DNA of 64,000 bases from Ahniellaceae bacterium. GTDB taxonomy: Bacteria; Pseudomonadota; Gammaproteobacteria; Xanthomonadales; Ahniellaceae. Position 1 is the first letter of the stretch. Every line of letters begins with the position of its first letter. Location of the stretch: positions 43,256-107,255 of the forward strand of contig JBGAPI010000013.1 of the NCBI GenBank assembly GCA_044221335.1, in the 5' to 3' direction. Under the pieces are notes generated by a model, which saw only the letters and a program-made list of their open reading frames with translations, ran no database searches and was not told where the DNA came from. Of the stretch, positions 56,501-63,872 are shown one piece after another. Position numbers and translations under genes: made by a program.

Positions 56501-58416
56501 CCGGCAGCGACGCGAGCTTCAACTCCACCACGGACTGCAGCTACGCCGCCGCCTATGGTTCCGGTCGTCGCGTGGACCGCAGCTTCGACGCCCGCAACCG
56601 CCTCCTCACTCTGGCCTTCCCCGATGGTCGCGGCGACCAGTCCTGGACCTACGAGAAGGATGGTCTGTCGAATGCGATCACGACGTGGAATGGCGCCGGC
56701 CGGACCCAGCCGGTGGTCAACAGCTACGCCTACGACGTCCGCCGCCTGCTGCAGACGGAGTCGATCGCGCAGACCGGCTGGTACACCTGGAGCGTCGGCC
56801 ACAGCTATGACGCCAACGGCTTCGAGCGCTGGTTGAGCTATCCGACCGGCCTCGTTCTCGACTTCGCTCCGAATGCGCTCGGCCAGGTGACCCAGGTGCG
56901 CGACCAGAACAACGTCGCCTACGCCAGCAATGCCAGCTATCACCCGAACGGCACGCTGAAGCAGTTCACCTACGGCAACGGCATCGTCCACACGATGACG
57001 CAGAACGCCCGCCAGCTTCCGGCCCGGGTCCGCGACGGTGCGGCGATGGACTACGAGTACTCCTATGACGCCAACGGCAACTTCGCGTCCATCTGGGACC
57101 ACGCCCGCGACAGCGGGAACGGCATGTTCGGTCGCTGGATGACCTACGACAACCTCGACCGCCTGACCTCGACCGGTTCCTGCACCTTCGGTGGCGACTG
57201 CTGGCACCGCTACAGCTACGACGCGCTCGACAACCTCCGCTCGTGGACGCTGACCGGGGTCAAGGACTACTCGAACTATGTCTACGACGCCAACAACCGC
57301 CTGACGGCGATCCGCAACACGGCGGGGACCACGCTGGTCAGCCTCGGGTACGACGCCCAGGGCAACCTCAGCTCGAAGAACGGCCAGGCCTTCTCCTTCG
57401 ACTTCGGCAACCGGCTGCGCGGCGCCCTCGGCAGCGAGACCTACCGCTACGACGGCCGCGGTCGCCGCGTCCAGCAGAGCAAGCCGGGCAGCGACGCGCT
57501 GTCGTTCTACAGCAGCGCCGGACAGATCCTCTTCAGCTACGACAAGTCCGGTGGCGAGAAGACGCACGAGAACATCTACCTCAACGGCAGCGTCATCGCG
57601 GAGGTCGATCACGACTGGCCGAGCAACGCGGTGCTCGCGGTGAAGTATCAGCACACCGACGCGCTGGGGAGCCCGGTCGCCGTGACCGGCAGCAACGGGC
57701 AGCTGATCGAGCGCAACGACTACGAGCCCTACGGTGCGGTGATCGGCAAGCCCGCGTTCACCGGCATCGGCTACACCGGCCACGTGATGGACGGCGGTAC
57801 CGGCCTCACCTACATGCAGCAGCGCTACTACGATGCGTCGATCGGGCGGTTCCTGTCCGTCGATCCGGTGGTCGCGGACCCGGCGAAGGCGTCCGGATTC
57901 AGCCGCTACTGGTATGCCAACGGCAATCCGTATCGCTACACGGACCCGGATGGCCGCGAAGTCGTCATCCACATCTCGCGCGATACCTATTCGGATTCGA
58001 CCGTGACGTCGCGGATCACGGTGACCAGCGATCGCACCGATGAGCATTTCGAGGGTTACACCCTCGAGACCCAGCATGCGGGTCAGAACGGCGACAAGAA
58101 GCCCTTGCAGGAGGGAACCTACAGCGGCAAGGTGCGCACGGACGGCCCGAAGGGCTTTCGGATCGAGCTGCAGAACACCCCGAAGTTCCGCAACATCCAG
58201 ATCCACTCCGGCAACACCAAGAAGGACGTGAAGGGCTGCTTCGCCGCGGGGACGACGCGCTCGGGAGACAGCGTCGGGAACAGCCGGTCGGCGATGTCGC
58301 AGATCCAGCAGGTCGTCAATGCCGATGGAACCGGGAAGATTCGCGTGGTGGTCGACGGCCCCAGCGATCCCCCGAAGCCGAACGTCGACGAATCGCGCAA
58401 ACCGAAGTCGCAATGA
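53569..58416 (+). CDS. Sec-signal RHS/YD-repeat polymorphic toxin with L,D-transpeptidase-like C-terminal domain
   Basis: Signal peptide MKTQLTALAAAITLVWSAASHAQ. Dozens of YD repeats (GRxxxxxYDxxG). RHS core YEPYGAV ... RYYDASIGRFLSVDP ... NPYRYTDPDGRE (DPxG autoproteolysis motif). About 150-aa C-terminal domain containing IQIHSGN...KGCFAAG (His...Gly-Cys as in the YkuD/LDT fold). Confidence 0.85.
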   Translation: MKTQLTALAAAITLVWSAASHAQVEWGQEYGNRIKSRQTISALGPDLFGEQVNLFDGTTSFSATDIDLPGNNALPVAVKRKLAVGSTSNAGQQALFGDWDLDLPYLSNISTTSSGWNAPADPNFYWRVVGGSAARCSAPQQAGDVVTPDIANSLNGAAGGGGEMLLLTASTSSKLVRPTLPGTRWVTKGLWYLGCVPTLASGHAGEGFWAVDPQGNKYTFDWMVPFTYPGFSTPAIKAGSEIVQNRSELRLYPTKVEDRFGNWVKYRWQGRKLLDITASDGRRIDLTYGADDQIVSATAHGKTWNYAYVDYPQANVGGHLTGVTLPDGSAWSYGQNPGPYVAYEQHYETRYSSTPGGSPMQIQVEVLEKVAFCSYDHYLSPAVVPFEMRHPSGARGVFNFKTMRHGRTNTPGECAFSWDTHDTSNREAQNNHNLYPAFKDVWSLTGKTLSGPGMPDGTWTYAYDNLQACIDRTCANSGTPVTKTVTVTEPDGSSTVSTFGKNYGIDEGQLLAVETRQGATVLSRTSYSYVSNTEAPNQPFPDLVGVTATEYGDPWASTALRPQKATSTVRGGVTFSSVIDSFDAFAHPTRTTRGNSQGNARTDVIDYFHDLGRWVIGQVARTTNVDTGMVESETGYTALAQPQWTKKFGKLQQTLAYNPDGTLASVTDGRGNVTSLSNWKRGIPGTIGYPATAEAPTGSSKSATVNDLGWITALTDETGSKTCYGYDNVGRINLVTYPSASTPGICDASRWNPTVMDLQFVASAEHGIAGGHWRASNHTGSGYSTLYYDALLRPVLEEKYDAGDVAGSLSQVVKRYDSKGQLLFTSYPTRDVGDIATVTQGTRTVYDALGRPTRSEQDSELGVLATVTEYTTGLETRITNPRGAATTTRFLAWDTPNFDLPVQSLQPEGKVVEVARHPRFGWPLAMTQRAADNSVSQQRRYVYDGNAQLCKTIEPETGVTVTGYDAANNPAWMAAGLSGSDASFNSTTDCSYAAAYGSGRRVDRSFDARNRLLTLAFPDGRGDQSWTYEKDGLSNAITTWNGAGRTQPVVNSYAYDVRRLLQTESIAQTGWYTWSVGHSYDANGFERWLSYPTGLVLDFAPNALGQVTQVRDQNNVAYASNASYHPNGTLKQFTYGNGIVHTMTQNARQLPARVRDGAAMDYEYSYDANGNFASIWDHARDSGNGMFGRWMTYDNLDRLTSTGSCTFGGDCWHRYSYDALDNLRSWTLTGVKDYSNYVYDANNRLTAIRNTAGTTLVSLGYDAQGNLSSKNGQAFSFDFGNRLRGALGSETYRYDGRGRRVQQSKPGSDALSFYSSAGQILFSYDKSGGEKTHENIYLNGSVIAEVDHDWPSNAVLAVKYQHTDALGSPVAVTGSNGQLIERNDYEPYGAVIGKPAFTGIGYTGHVMDGGTGLTYMQQRYYDASIGRFLSVDPVVADPAKASGFSRYWYANGNPYRYTDPDGREVVIHISRDTYSDSTVTSRITVTSDRTDEHFEGYTLETQHAGQNGDKKPLQEGTYSGKVRTDGPKGFRIELQNTPKFRNIQIHSGNTKKDVKGCFAAGTTRSGDSVGNSRSAMSQIQQVVNADGTGKIRVVVDGPSDPPKPNVDESRKPKSQ

Positions 58417-58478
58417 GCGTCGGATGGCCCGCGCGCGGTCGCGCGCGGGCCATCCCCGGGCTCCCCCCGAATCGGAAG

Positions 58479-59375
58479 TCAGTTCGATCGTGACGCGGCG
58501 AAGTGCGCGATGACCGGATCCTCGATCCTGGACAGCACGCCCGCCGCCAGGTCATGCCCCATCCCCTCCACCATCACCAGCCGCGCGCCGGGAATCTTGC
58601 GCGCGGTGTCGCGGCCGCCCGCCGGCGGCGCCAGCGGGTCGTGGGTGCCGTGGATCACCAGCGTCGGCGTGCGGATCGCGCGGATCTGCGCCGAGCGGTC
58701 GCCCGACGCGATGATCGCCAGCAGCTGGCGCGCGCTGCCGGCCGGGTCGTAGCTGCGCCTGATGCCGCGGCGGATGCGCTCGCGCAGTTCCTCCGGCGGT
58801 GTCGGGAAGCCCGGACTGCCGATCGCCTGGAACAGCCGCACGTAGCGCTCGACGATCTCCGCCTCGGCCGCATCCACCGGCGGCTTCGACAGCATCAGCC
58901 GCGCGATCTTCGGGCTCGGCGGCGGCAGCCAGCGGCTGCCGGTGGTCGACATGATCGAGGTCAGCGTCAACAGCCGGGTCGGATGCTCGGCCGCCATCAC
59001 TTGCCCGATCATCCCACCCATCGACACGCCGACCACGTGGGCGGCGTCGATCCTCAGCGCATCGAGCACGCCGACGCTGTCGGCGGCCATCTCCGACAGC
59101 GTGTAGGGCGCCCGCACCGGCAGGTGCATCCAGTAGCGCAGCAGCGCCGCGCCGATCCGCACCGGCGTTCGCGCCGTGATCCGCGAGGACAGCCCGATGT
59201 CGCGGTTGTCGAAACGGATCACGAAGTAGCCGGCCGCGACCAGCCGCTGGCAGAACGCCTCCGGCCACGCGATCAGCTGCATGCCGAGCCCCATCACCAG
59301 CAGCACCGCCGGCCGCGCCGGATCGCCGAAGGTCTCGACCTCGATCTGGATTCCGTTCGCTGCGACCTGGGTCAT
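58479..59375 (-). CDS. Alpha/beta hydrolase fold protein
   Basis: Nucleophile elbow GVSMGG. Catalytic His near the C-terminus (MGHDL). 298 aa. Confidence 0.8.
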   Translation of the reverse strand: MTQVAANGIQIEVETFGDPARPAVLLVMGLGMQLIAWPEAFCQRLVAAGYFVIRFDNRDIGLSSRITARTPVRIGAALLRYWMHLPVRAPYTLSEMAADSVGVLDALRIDAAHVVGVSMGGMIGQVMAAEHPTRLLTLTSIMSTTGSRWLPPPSPKIARLMLSKPPVDAAEAEIVERYVRLFQAIGSPGFPTPPEELRERIRRGIRRSYDPAGSARQLLAIIASGDRSAQIRAIRTPTLVIHGTHDPLAPPAGGRDTARKIPGARLVMVEGMGHDLAAGVLSRIEDPVIAHFAASRSN

Positions 59376-59764
59376 CGCCGCATTGTAGGAGCCCCCACCC
59401 CATCCATGGCGTGGCGCGGTCGGCAGCCAACGAAGCCGCTGCGCCAGCCCCCAGGAGTCACCGCGCGCCGGGAGCACGCGCGACCCGCGAAGTTGTCCCG
59501 AAAGGCGGCCGGCGGGAATACCCGCCGTCAGCAGGCGACCCGGTACGCGGTACCGGGCGAGGGTCGTTGGTGCAATGCACCGACTTCGAAGCCCGGGAGA
59601 TGAGGCTCCATCAAGCGTCCCGTTGGATGGAAGCGGCGGAAGTCGCGACCGTCACCGATCACGATGGTCGAGGATCGTCGTCACGCCGCCGAAAGCACAC
59701 CCCGAGCACCCCGCCTCGCTAGACTCCCGTCGAACGACGCACACCACGGCACCCGCACCCACCC

Positions 59765-60175
59765 TTGAAGCCGCTCCCCGCTCCCGGCCCGCACATCGCC
59801 CGCTCCGACTCCCGCGGCGATTACCTGCGCATCGAGATCGCCGGCCACCGCGGCGACTTCGAGTCCGGGATCGCCGTCTGGCGCGCGATCGGCGAGCTGA
59901 CCCGCAGCCGCGGCGCGAAACGCCTGCTGGTCGTCAGCAGGCTCACCGGCCCCCTGCCCAGCGCCGAGGAACAGCGCACCCTGATGCGCGCGCTGATCGG
60001 CAGCGGCTTCGAGGGCGTGCGCACCGCACTCGTGGTCTCCGACTCGCGCCGCCTCGCCGATCTCGAGCACGGCGAGATGGAAGCCCGCGAACTGGGCCAG
60101 GAATCCCGCGTGTTCAGCTCCGAGAAGCAGGCCGAGGTCTGGCTGCACTACGGCGAGTCGGGTCGCATCGGCTGA
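59765..60175 (+). CDS. Hypothetical protein
   Basis: 136-aa ORF with strong GC3 bias. Flanked by 16-bp direct repeats cgcctcgctagactcc (59711-59726 and 60226-60241). Confidence 0.45.
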   Translation: MKPLPAPGPHIARSDSRGDYLRIEIAGHRGDFESGIAVWRAIGELTRSRGAKRLLVVSRLTGPLPSAEEQRTLMRALIGSGFEGVRTALVVSDSRRLADLEHGEMEARELGQESRVFSSEKQAEVWLHYGESGRIG

Positions 60176-60253
60176 CGACATCGACGTCGACACCCGCAAG
60201 TCGCGGCGTGCTGACGCTGAACCGCGCGCCTCGCTAGACTCCGCGCCAGCAAC

Positions 60254-60330
60254 GCGTCCGTAGCTCAGTTGGATAGAGCACCAGGCTTCGAACCTGGTGG
60301 TCGGGGGTTCGAGTCCCTCCGGGCGCGCCA
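60254..60330 (+). tRNA. tRNA-Arg (anticodon TCG)
   Basis: GCGTCCG-TA-GCTC-AGTTGGATA-GAGC-A-CCAGG-CTTCGAA-CCTGG-TGGTC-GGGGG-TTCGAGT-CCCTC-CGGGCGC-G-CCA. Full cloverleaf with encoded CCA. Confidence 0.85.
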
Positions 60331-60339
60331 CTTCTTCCT

Positions 60340-60400
60340 CTTGCAGATCAATCGGTTGTGAGATCGCTAGTCGCGATTTCTTGAAACGACCTGAAGTCCG
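60340..60400. promoter_or_regulatory. Three helically phased direct repeats of tgtgccca immediately 3' of tRNA-Arg (candidate arm-type/regulator sites)
   Basis: gtgcccatcc tgtgcccatgtc tgtgcccacgac, in a lower-GC spacer between the tRNA and hsdM. Confidence 0.4.
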
Positions 60401-60624
60401 TGCCCATCCTGTGCCCATGTCTGTGCCCACGACTCCGGGCTAGGTCGGCCTCATGACCACTAGGCCGTGCCTCAACGATGCGAGCGGCTAAGCGTCACGC
60501 CTGACGATCTGGCGGAGGGATGCAGCGCTATCGATCGGCCTCGCCCTCGATCCAGAAGCGCGCTCGTCGATAACTCAGCGCAGCTGCGATCCGACAGAAT
60601 AGGCGCCCATAAAGGAAACGATAC

Positions 60625-62652
60625 ATGGCGGACCACACCTATTTCTCGAACCTGATCTGGCAGATCGCCGACCTCCTGCGCGGGCCCTATCGTCCGCCCC
60701 AGTACGAGCGGGTGATGCTGCCGATGACGGTGCTGCGGCGCTTCGACTGCGTGCTCGCGCCGACGCGGGACACGGTGGTCGCCGAGTACGCGCGTGCCAA
60801 GGGCGGCAAGCTCACCGGCGACGCCCTCGACACCAAGCTCAACAAGGTCGCCGGTCAGCACTTCCACAACCACTCGGCGCTCGACTTCGCGAAGCTGAAG
60901 GGTGATCCGGACAACATCAATAAGCACCTGGTGAGCTACCTCAAGGGGTTCTCAGCCAACGTTCGCCGGATCTTCGACTACTTCGAGTTCGAGGCCGAGA
61001 TCGAGCGGATGCACGAGGCCAACATTCTATTTCTCGTGGTGTCGAAGTTCGCCGACGTCGATCTGCACCCCTCGATCGTGCCGAACGAGCAGATGGGACT
61101 GATCTTCGAGAACCTCATCCGCCGCTTCAACGAGCTCGCGAACGAGACGGCTGGCGATCACTTCACGCCCCGCGAAGTGATCCGACTCATGGTCAACCTG
61201 CTGTTCATCCACGACGACGAGCTTCTGGCGACGGCGGGCACGGTGCGCAAACTGCTCGACCCGGCGTGCGGTACCGGCGGCATGCTGGCCGAGGCGCAAC
61301 GCTATCTGCGCGAGCACAACGGCGAGGCCCGGCTCTACGGCTACGGTCAGGACTACAACAAGCGCGCCTTCGCGACGGCGGCCTCCGACATGCTGATGAA
61401 GGAGGTCAGCCATAATGGCGGCGGCGACAACGTGCGATTCGGCGACATCTTCACCGACGACCAGTTCCCGGCCGAAACCTTCGACTACTTCCTGAGCAAC
61501 CCGCCGTTCGGCGTCGACTGGAAGAAGCAACAGAAGGAGGTGGTGAAGGAGCACGAGAAGCTGGGCTTCGACGGCCGGTTCGGCGCCGGCCTGCCGCGGG
61601 TGAACGATGGCGCGCTGCTGTTCCTGCAGCACATGTGGAGCAAGCGCGAAGACGTGAAGCCGAAGGAACACAAGGAGGGCTCGCGGCTCGCGATCGTCTT
61701 CTCCGGCTCGCCCATGTTCACGGGCGGTGCCGGCTCGGGCGAGAGCGAGATCCGTCGCTGGCTCCTCGAGAACGACTGGCTCGAGGCCATCGTCGCGCTG
61801 CCGGAGTCGATGTTCTACAACACCGGCATCGGCACCTATGTCTGGGTCGTCACCAACCGCAAGGAGAAGCGGCGCAAGGGCAAGGTGCAGCTCCTCGACG
61901 CGCGCGATGTGTGGACCGCGGGCGGCAGCGAGGACAGCAAGCGCAGCCTCGGCGACAAGCGGCGGCACATGACCATCGCGCAGATCGACGAGGTCGTGCG
62001 CCTCTACGGCAAGTTCGAAGAGGGCCCGCGCTCCAAGATCTTCGACAACGCCGACTTCGGCTATACCCGCGTCACCATCGAGCGCCCGCTGCGCCTGCGC
62101 TACCAGATGACGACGGACGACAAGGCGCGCTTCCTCGACGCCTGCCCACACCTGCTCGACGACGTGCAGGCCATCGACAAGGCGCTCGGCCGCGAGCCGC
62201 GCCTGGACTGGCCCGCGACGTGGGACGAGATCGAGGCGCTGCTGAAGAAGCGCGGGAGCCGCTGGAAGGCGACCGAGCAGAAGCTGTTTCGCTCCGTGTT
62301 CACGCAGCGCGAGGCGATGGCCGAGGCCGTCCCGGCCGGAGGGCGTGGGTCGGGCTTCGAGGCCGACGCCGACCTGCGTGACTTCGAGAATGTGCCGCTG
62401 AAGGAGGACATCGCTGTCTACTTCGAACGTGAGGTGAAGCCGCACGTCCCCGACGCGTGGATGCCGGGCATCGGCGTTGAGGATGGCAAGGCGGTCGTGA
62501 TCGACGAGAGCAAGGCCAAGCCGGGCTACGAGATCAGCTTCAATCGCTACTTCTTCACCTTCACACCACCTCGGTCGCTGCACGACATCGACACCGACCT
62601 TCAGAGAGCCGAAGACGAGGTGCTCCGTCTGCTTCGCGAGGTGGTCGCGTGA
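60625..62652 (+). CDS. hsdM: Type I restriction-modification system DNA methyltransferase subunit HsdM
   Basis: N6-adenine MTase motifs: LDPACGTGGML (motif I) and NPPFG (motif IV). 675 aa. RBS aaaggaaac upstream. Confidence 0.9.
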   Translation: MADHTYFSNLIWQIADLLRGPYRPPQYERVMLPMTVLRRFDCVLAPTRDTVVAEYARAKGGKLTGDALDTKLNKVAGQHFHNHSALDFAKLKGDPDNINKHLVSYLKGFSANVRRIFDYFEFEAEIERMHEANILFLVVSKFADVDLHPSIVPNEQMGLIFENLIRRFNELANETAGDHFTPREVIRLMVNLLFIHDDELLATAGTVRKLLDPACGTGGMLAEAQRYLREHNGEARLYGYGQDYNKRAFATAASDMLMKEVSHNGGGDNVRFGDIFTDDQFPAETFDYFLSNPPFGVDWKKQQKEVVKEHEKLGFDGRFGAGLPRVNDGALLFLQHMWSKREDVKPKEHKEGSRLAIVFSGSPMFTGGAGSGESEIRRWLLENDWLEAIVALPESMFYNTGIGTYVWVVTNRKEKRRKGKVQLLDARDVWTAGGSEDSKRSLGDKRRHMTIAQIDEVVRLYGKFEEGPRSKIFDNADFGYTRVTIERPLRLRYQMTTDDKARFLDACPHLLDDVQAIDKALGREPRLDWPATWDEIEALLKKRGSRWKATEQKLFRSVFTQREAMAEAVPAGGRGSGFEADADLRDFENVPLKEDIAVYFEREVKPHVPDAWMPGIGVEDGKAVVIDESKAKPGYEISFNRYFFTFTPPRSLHDIDTDLQRAEDEVLRLLREVVA

Positions 62653-63872
62653 TGTTCATCGACCAGTGGACCAAGATCGCGCCGAAGCACTGGTCGCGGA
62701 AGAAGCTGAAGCACGTCGCATCACTTCGGAGCGGCGAGTCCATCACCGCTGACTCGATCATGGACGAAGGCGACTTCCCCGTTTACGGCGGGAACGGCCT
62801 ACGGGGGTACACCGGCGATTACACGCATGAGGGCGAGTTCGTGCTCATCGGTCGTCAGGGAGCGCTCTGCGGCAACGTAAACTACGCGAAGGACCGCTTC
62901 TGGGCCTCCGAACACGCGGTCGTCGTCACGAGGCTTGGTAACGTCGACCTGACTTGGCTAGGTGAATTGCTCCGGTACCTCAATCTCAATCGACTCAGCC
63001 AGTCGGCCGCCCAGCCGGGCATCTCTGCTGAGGAGGTAAGCAATGTCCTGCTCGCAGTTCCTCCGCTTGAGGAGCAGCGCGCGATCTCCGCGTACCTCAA
63101 GAGCGAGACTGCGCGGCTCGATGCACTGGTTGCTGCGAAGCAACGACTAATCGACCTGCTCGCCGAGAAGCGCAAGGCCATCATCGCCACCGCCGTCACG
63201 CGCGGGCTCGATCCAAAGGTGAAGCTGCGGGATTCCGGTGTGCCGTGGATGGGTGAGATCCCGGCGCATTGGGAAACCAAGCGTCTTAAGTATCTCGGAC
63301 AAGCCATCATTGGGCTGACCTACGCGCCAGCCGACGCAGTGATGGATGGCTCTGGCGTCCTCGTACTTCGAGCGTCTAACGTGCAGGAACGACGGATTGT
63401 CCTTGATGACAACGTCTTCGTAACTACTGCCATTCCTCCCGAGCTTATGACTCGTCGCGGCGACATTCTCATCTGTTCCCGAAGCGGGAGTCGGGCGCTC
63501 ATCGGAAAGTGCGCCCTGATCGACGCTGAATCAGAAGCAATGACTTTTGGCGCGTTTATGACTGTGTTCAGGGGCAAGTACAACTCGTACCTGTTTCACG
63601 TTTTCAATTCGCCTCTGTTTGAGTACCAAGCTGGCGCTTTTGGGACGTCTACCATTAACCAACTCACAGTCGAAACCCTTAGCAATATGGAAGTCCCGCT
63701 TCCGCCTGACGGTGAGCGTCAGGCAATTGTCGAGCACATCGCGCGCTCGACCGCGAAGCTCGACTCAGTGCGTGCGGCGATCGAGCGCACAATCGCGCTG
63801 CTCACTGAGCGCCGCTCCGCACTCATCGCCGCCGCGGTGACCGGCCGGCTCGACGTGGGGGCGGCAGCATGA
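62649..63872 (+). CDS. hsdS: Type I restriction-modification specificity subunit HsdS
   Basis: Two target-recognition domains separated by conserved coiled-coil repeats (LPPLEEQRAISAYL ... and LPPDGERQAIVEHI ...). Overlaps the hsdM stop (ATGA). Confidence 0.85.
   Translation: MMFIDQWTKIAPKHWSRKKLKHVASLRSGESITADSIMDEGDFPVYGGNGLRGYTGDYTHEGEFVLIGRQGALCGNVNYAKDRFWASEHAVVVTRLGNVDLTWLGELLRYLNLNRLSQSAAQPGISAEEVSNVLLAVPPLEEQRAISAYLKSETARLDALVAAKQRLIDLLAEKRKAIIATAVTRGLDPKVKLRDSGVPWMGEIPAHWETKRLKYLGQAIIGLTYAPADAVMDGSGVLVLRASNVQERRIVLDDNVFVTTAIPPELMTRRGDILICSRSGSRALIGKCALIDAESEAMTFGAFMTVFRGKYNSYLFHVFNSPLFEYQAGAFGTSTINQLTVETLSNMEVPLPPDGERQAIVEHIARSTAKLDSVRAAIERTIALLTERRSALIAAAVTGRLDVGAAA

Noticed and set aside
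53377-58413. 1678-aa minus-strand ORF antisense to the RHS gene
   Set aside because: Mirror-frame artefact. The RHS YD repeats and core motif on the plus strand are unambiguous.
59575-60430. 220-aa plus-strand ORF (59575-60237) and 249-aa minus-strand ORF (59681-60430)
   Set aside because: The minus-strand ORF runs through tRNA-Arg. The plus-strand ORF is a low-complexity frame overlapping the better-supported 59765-60175 ORF.
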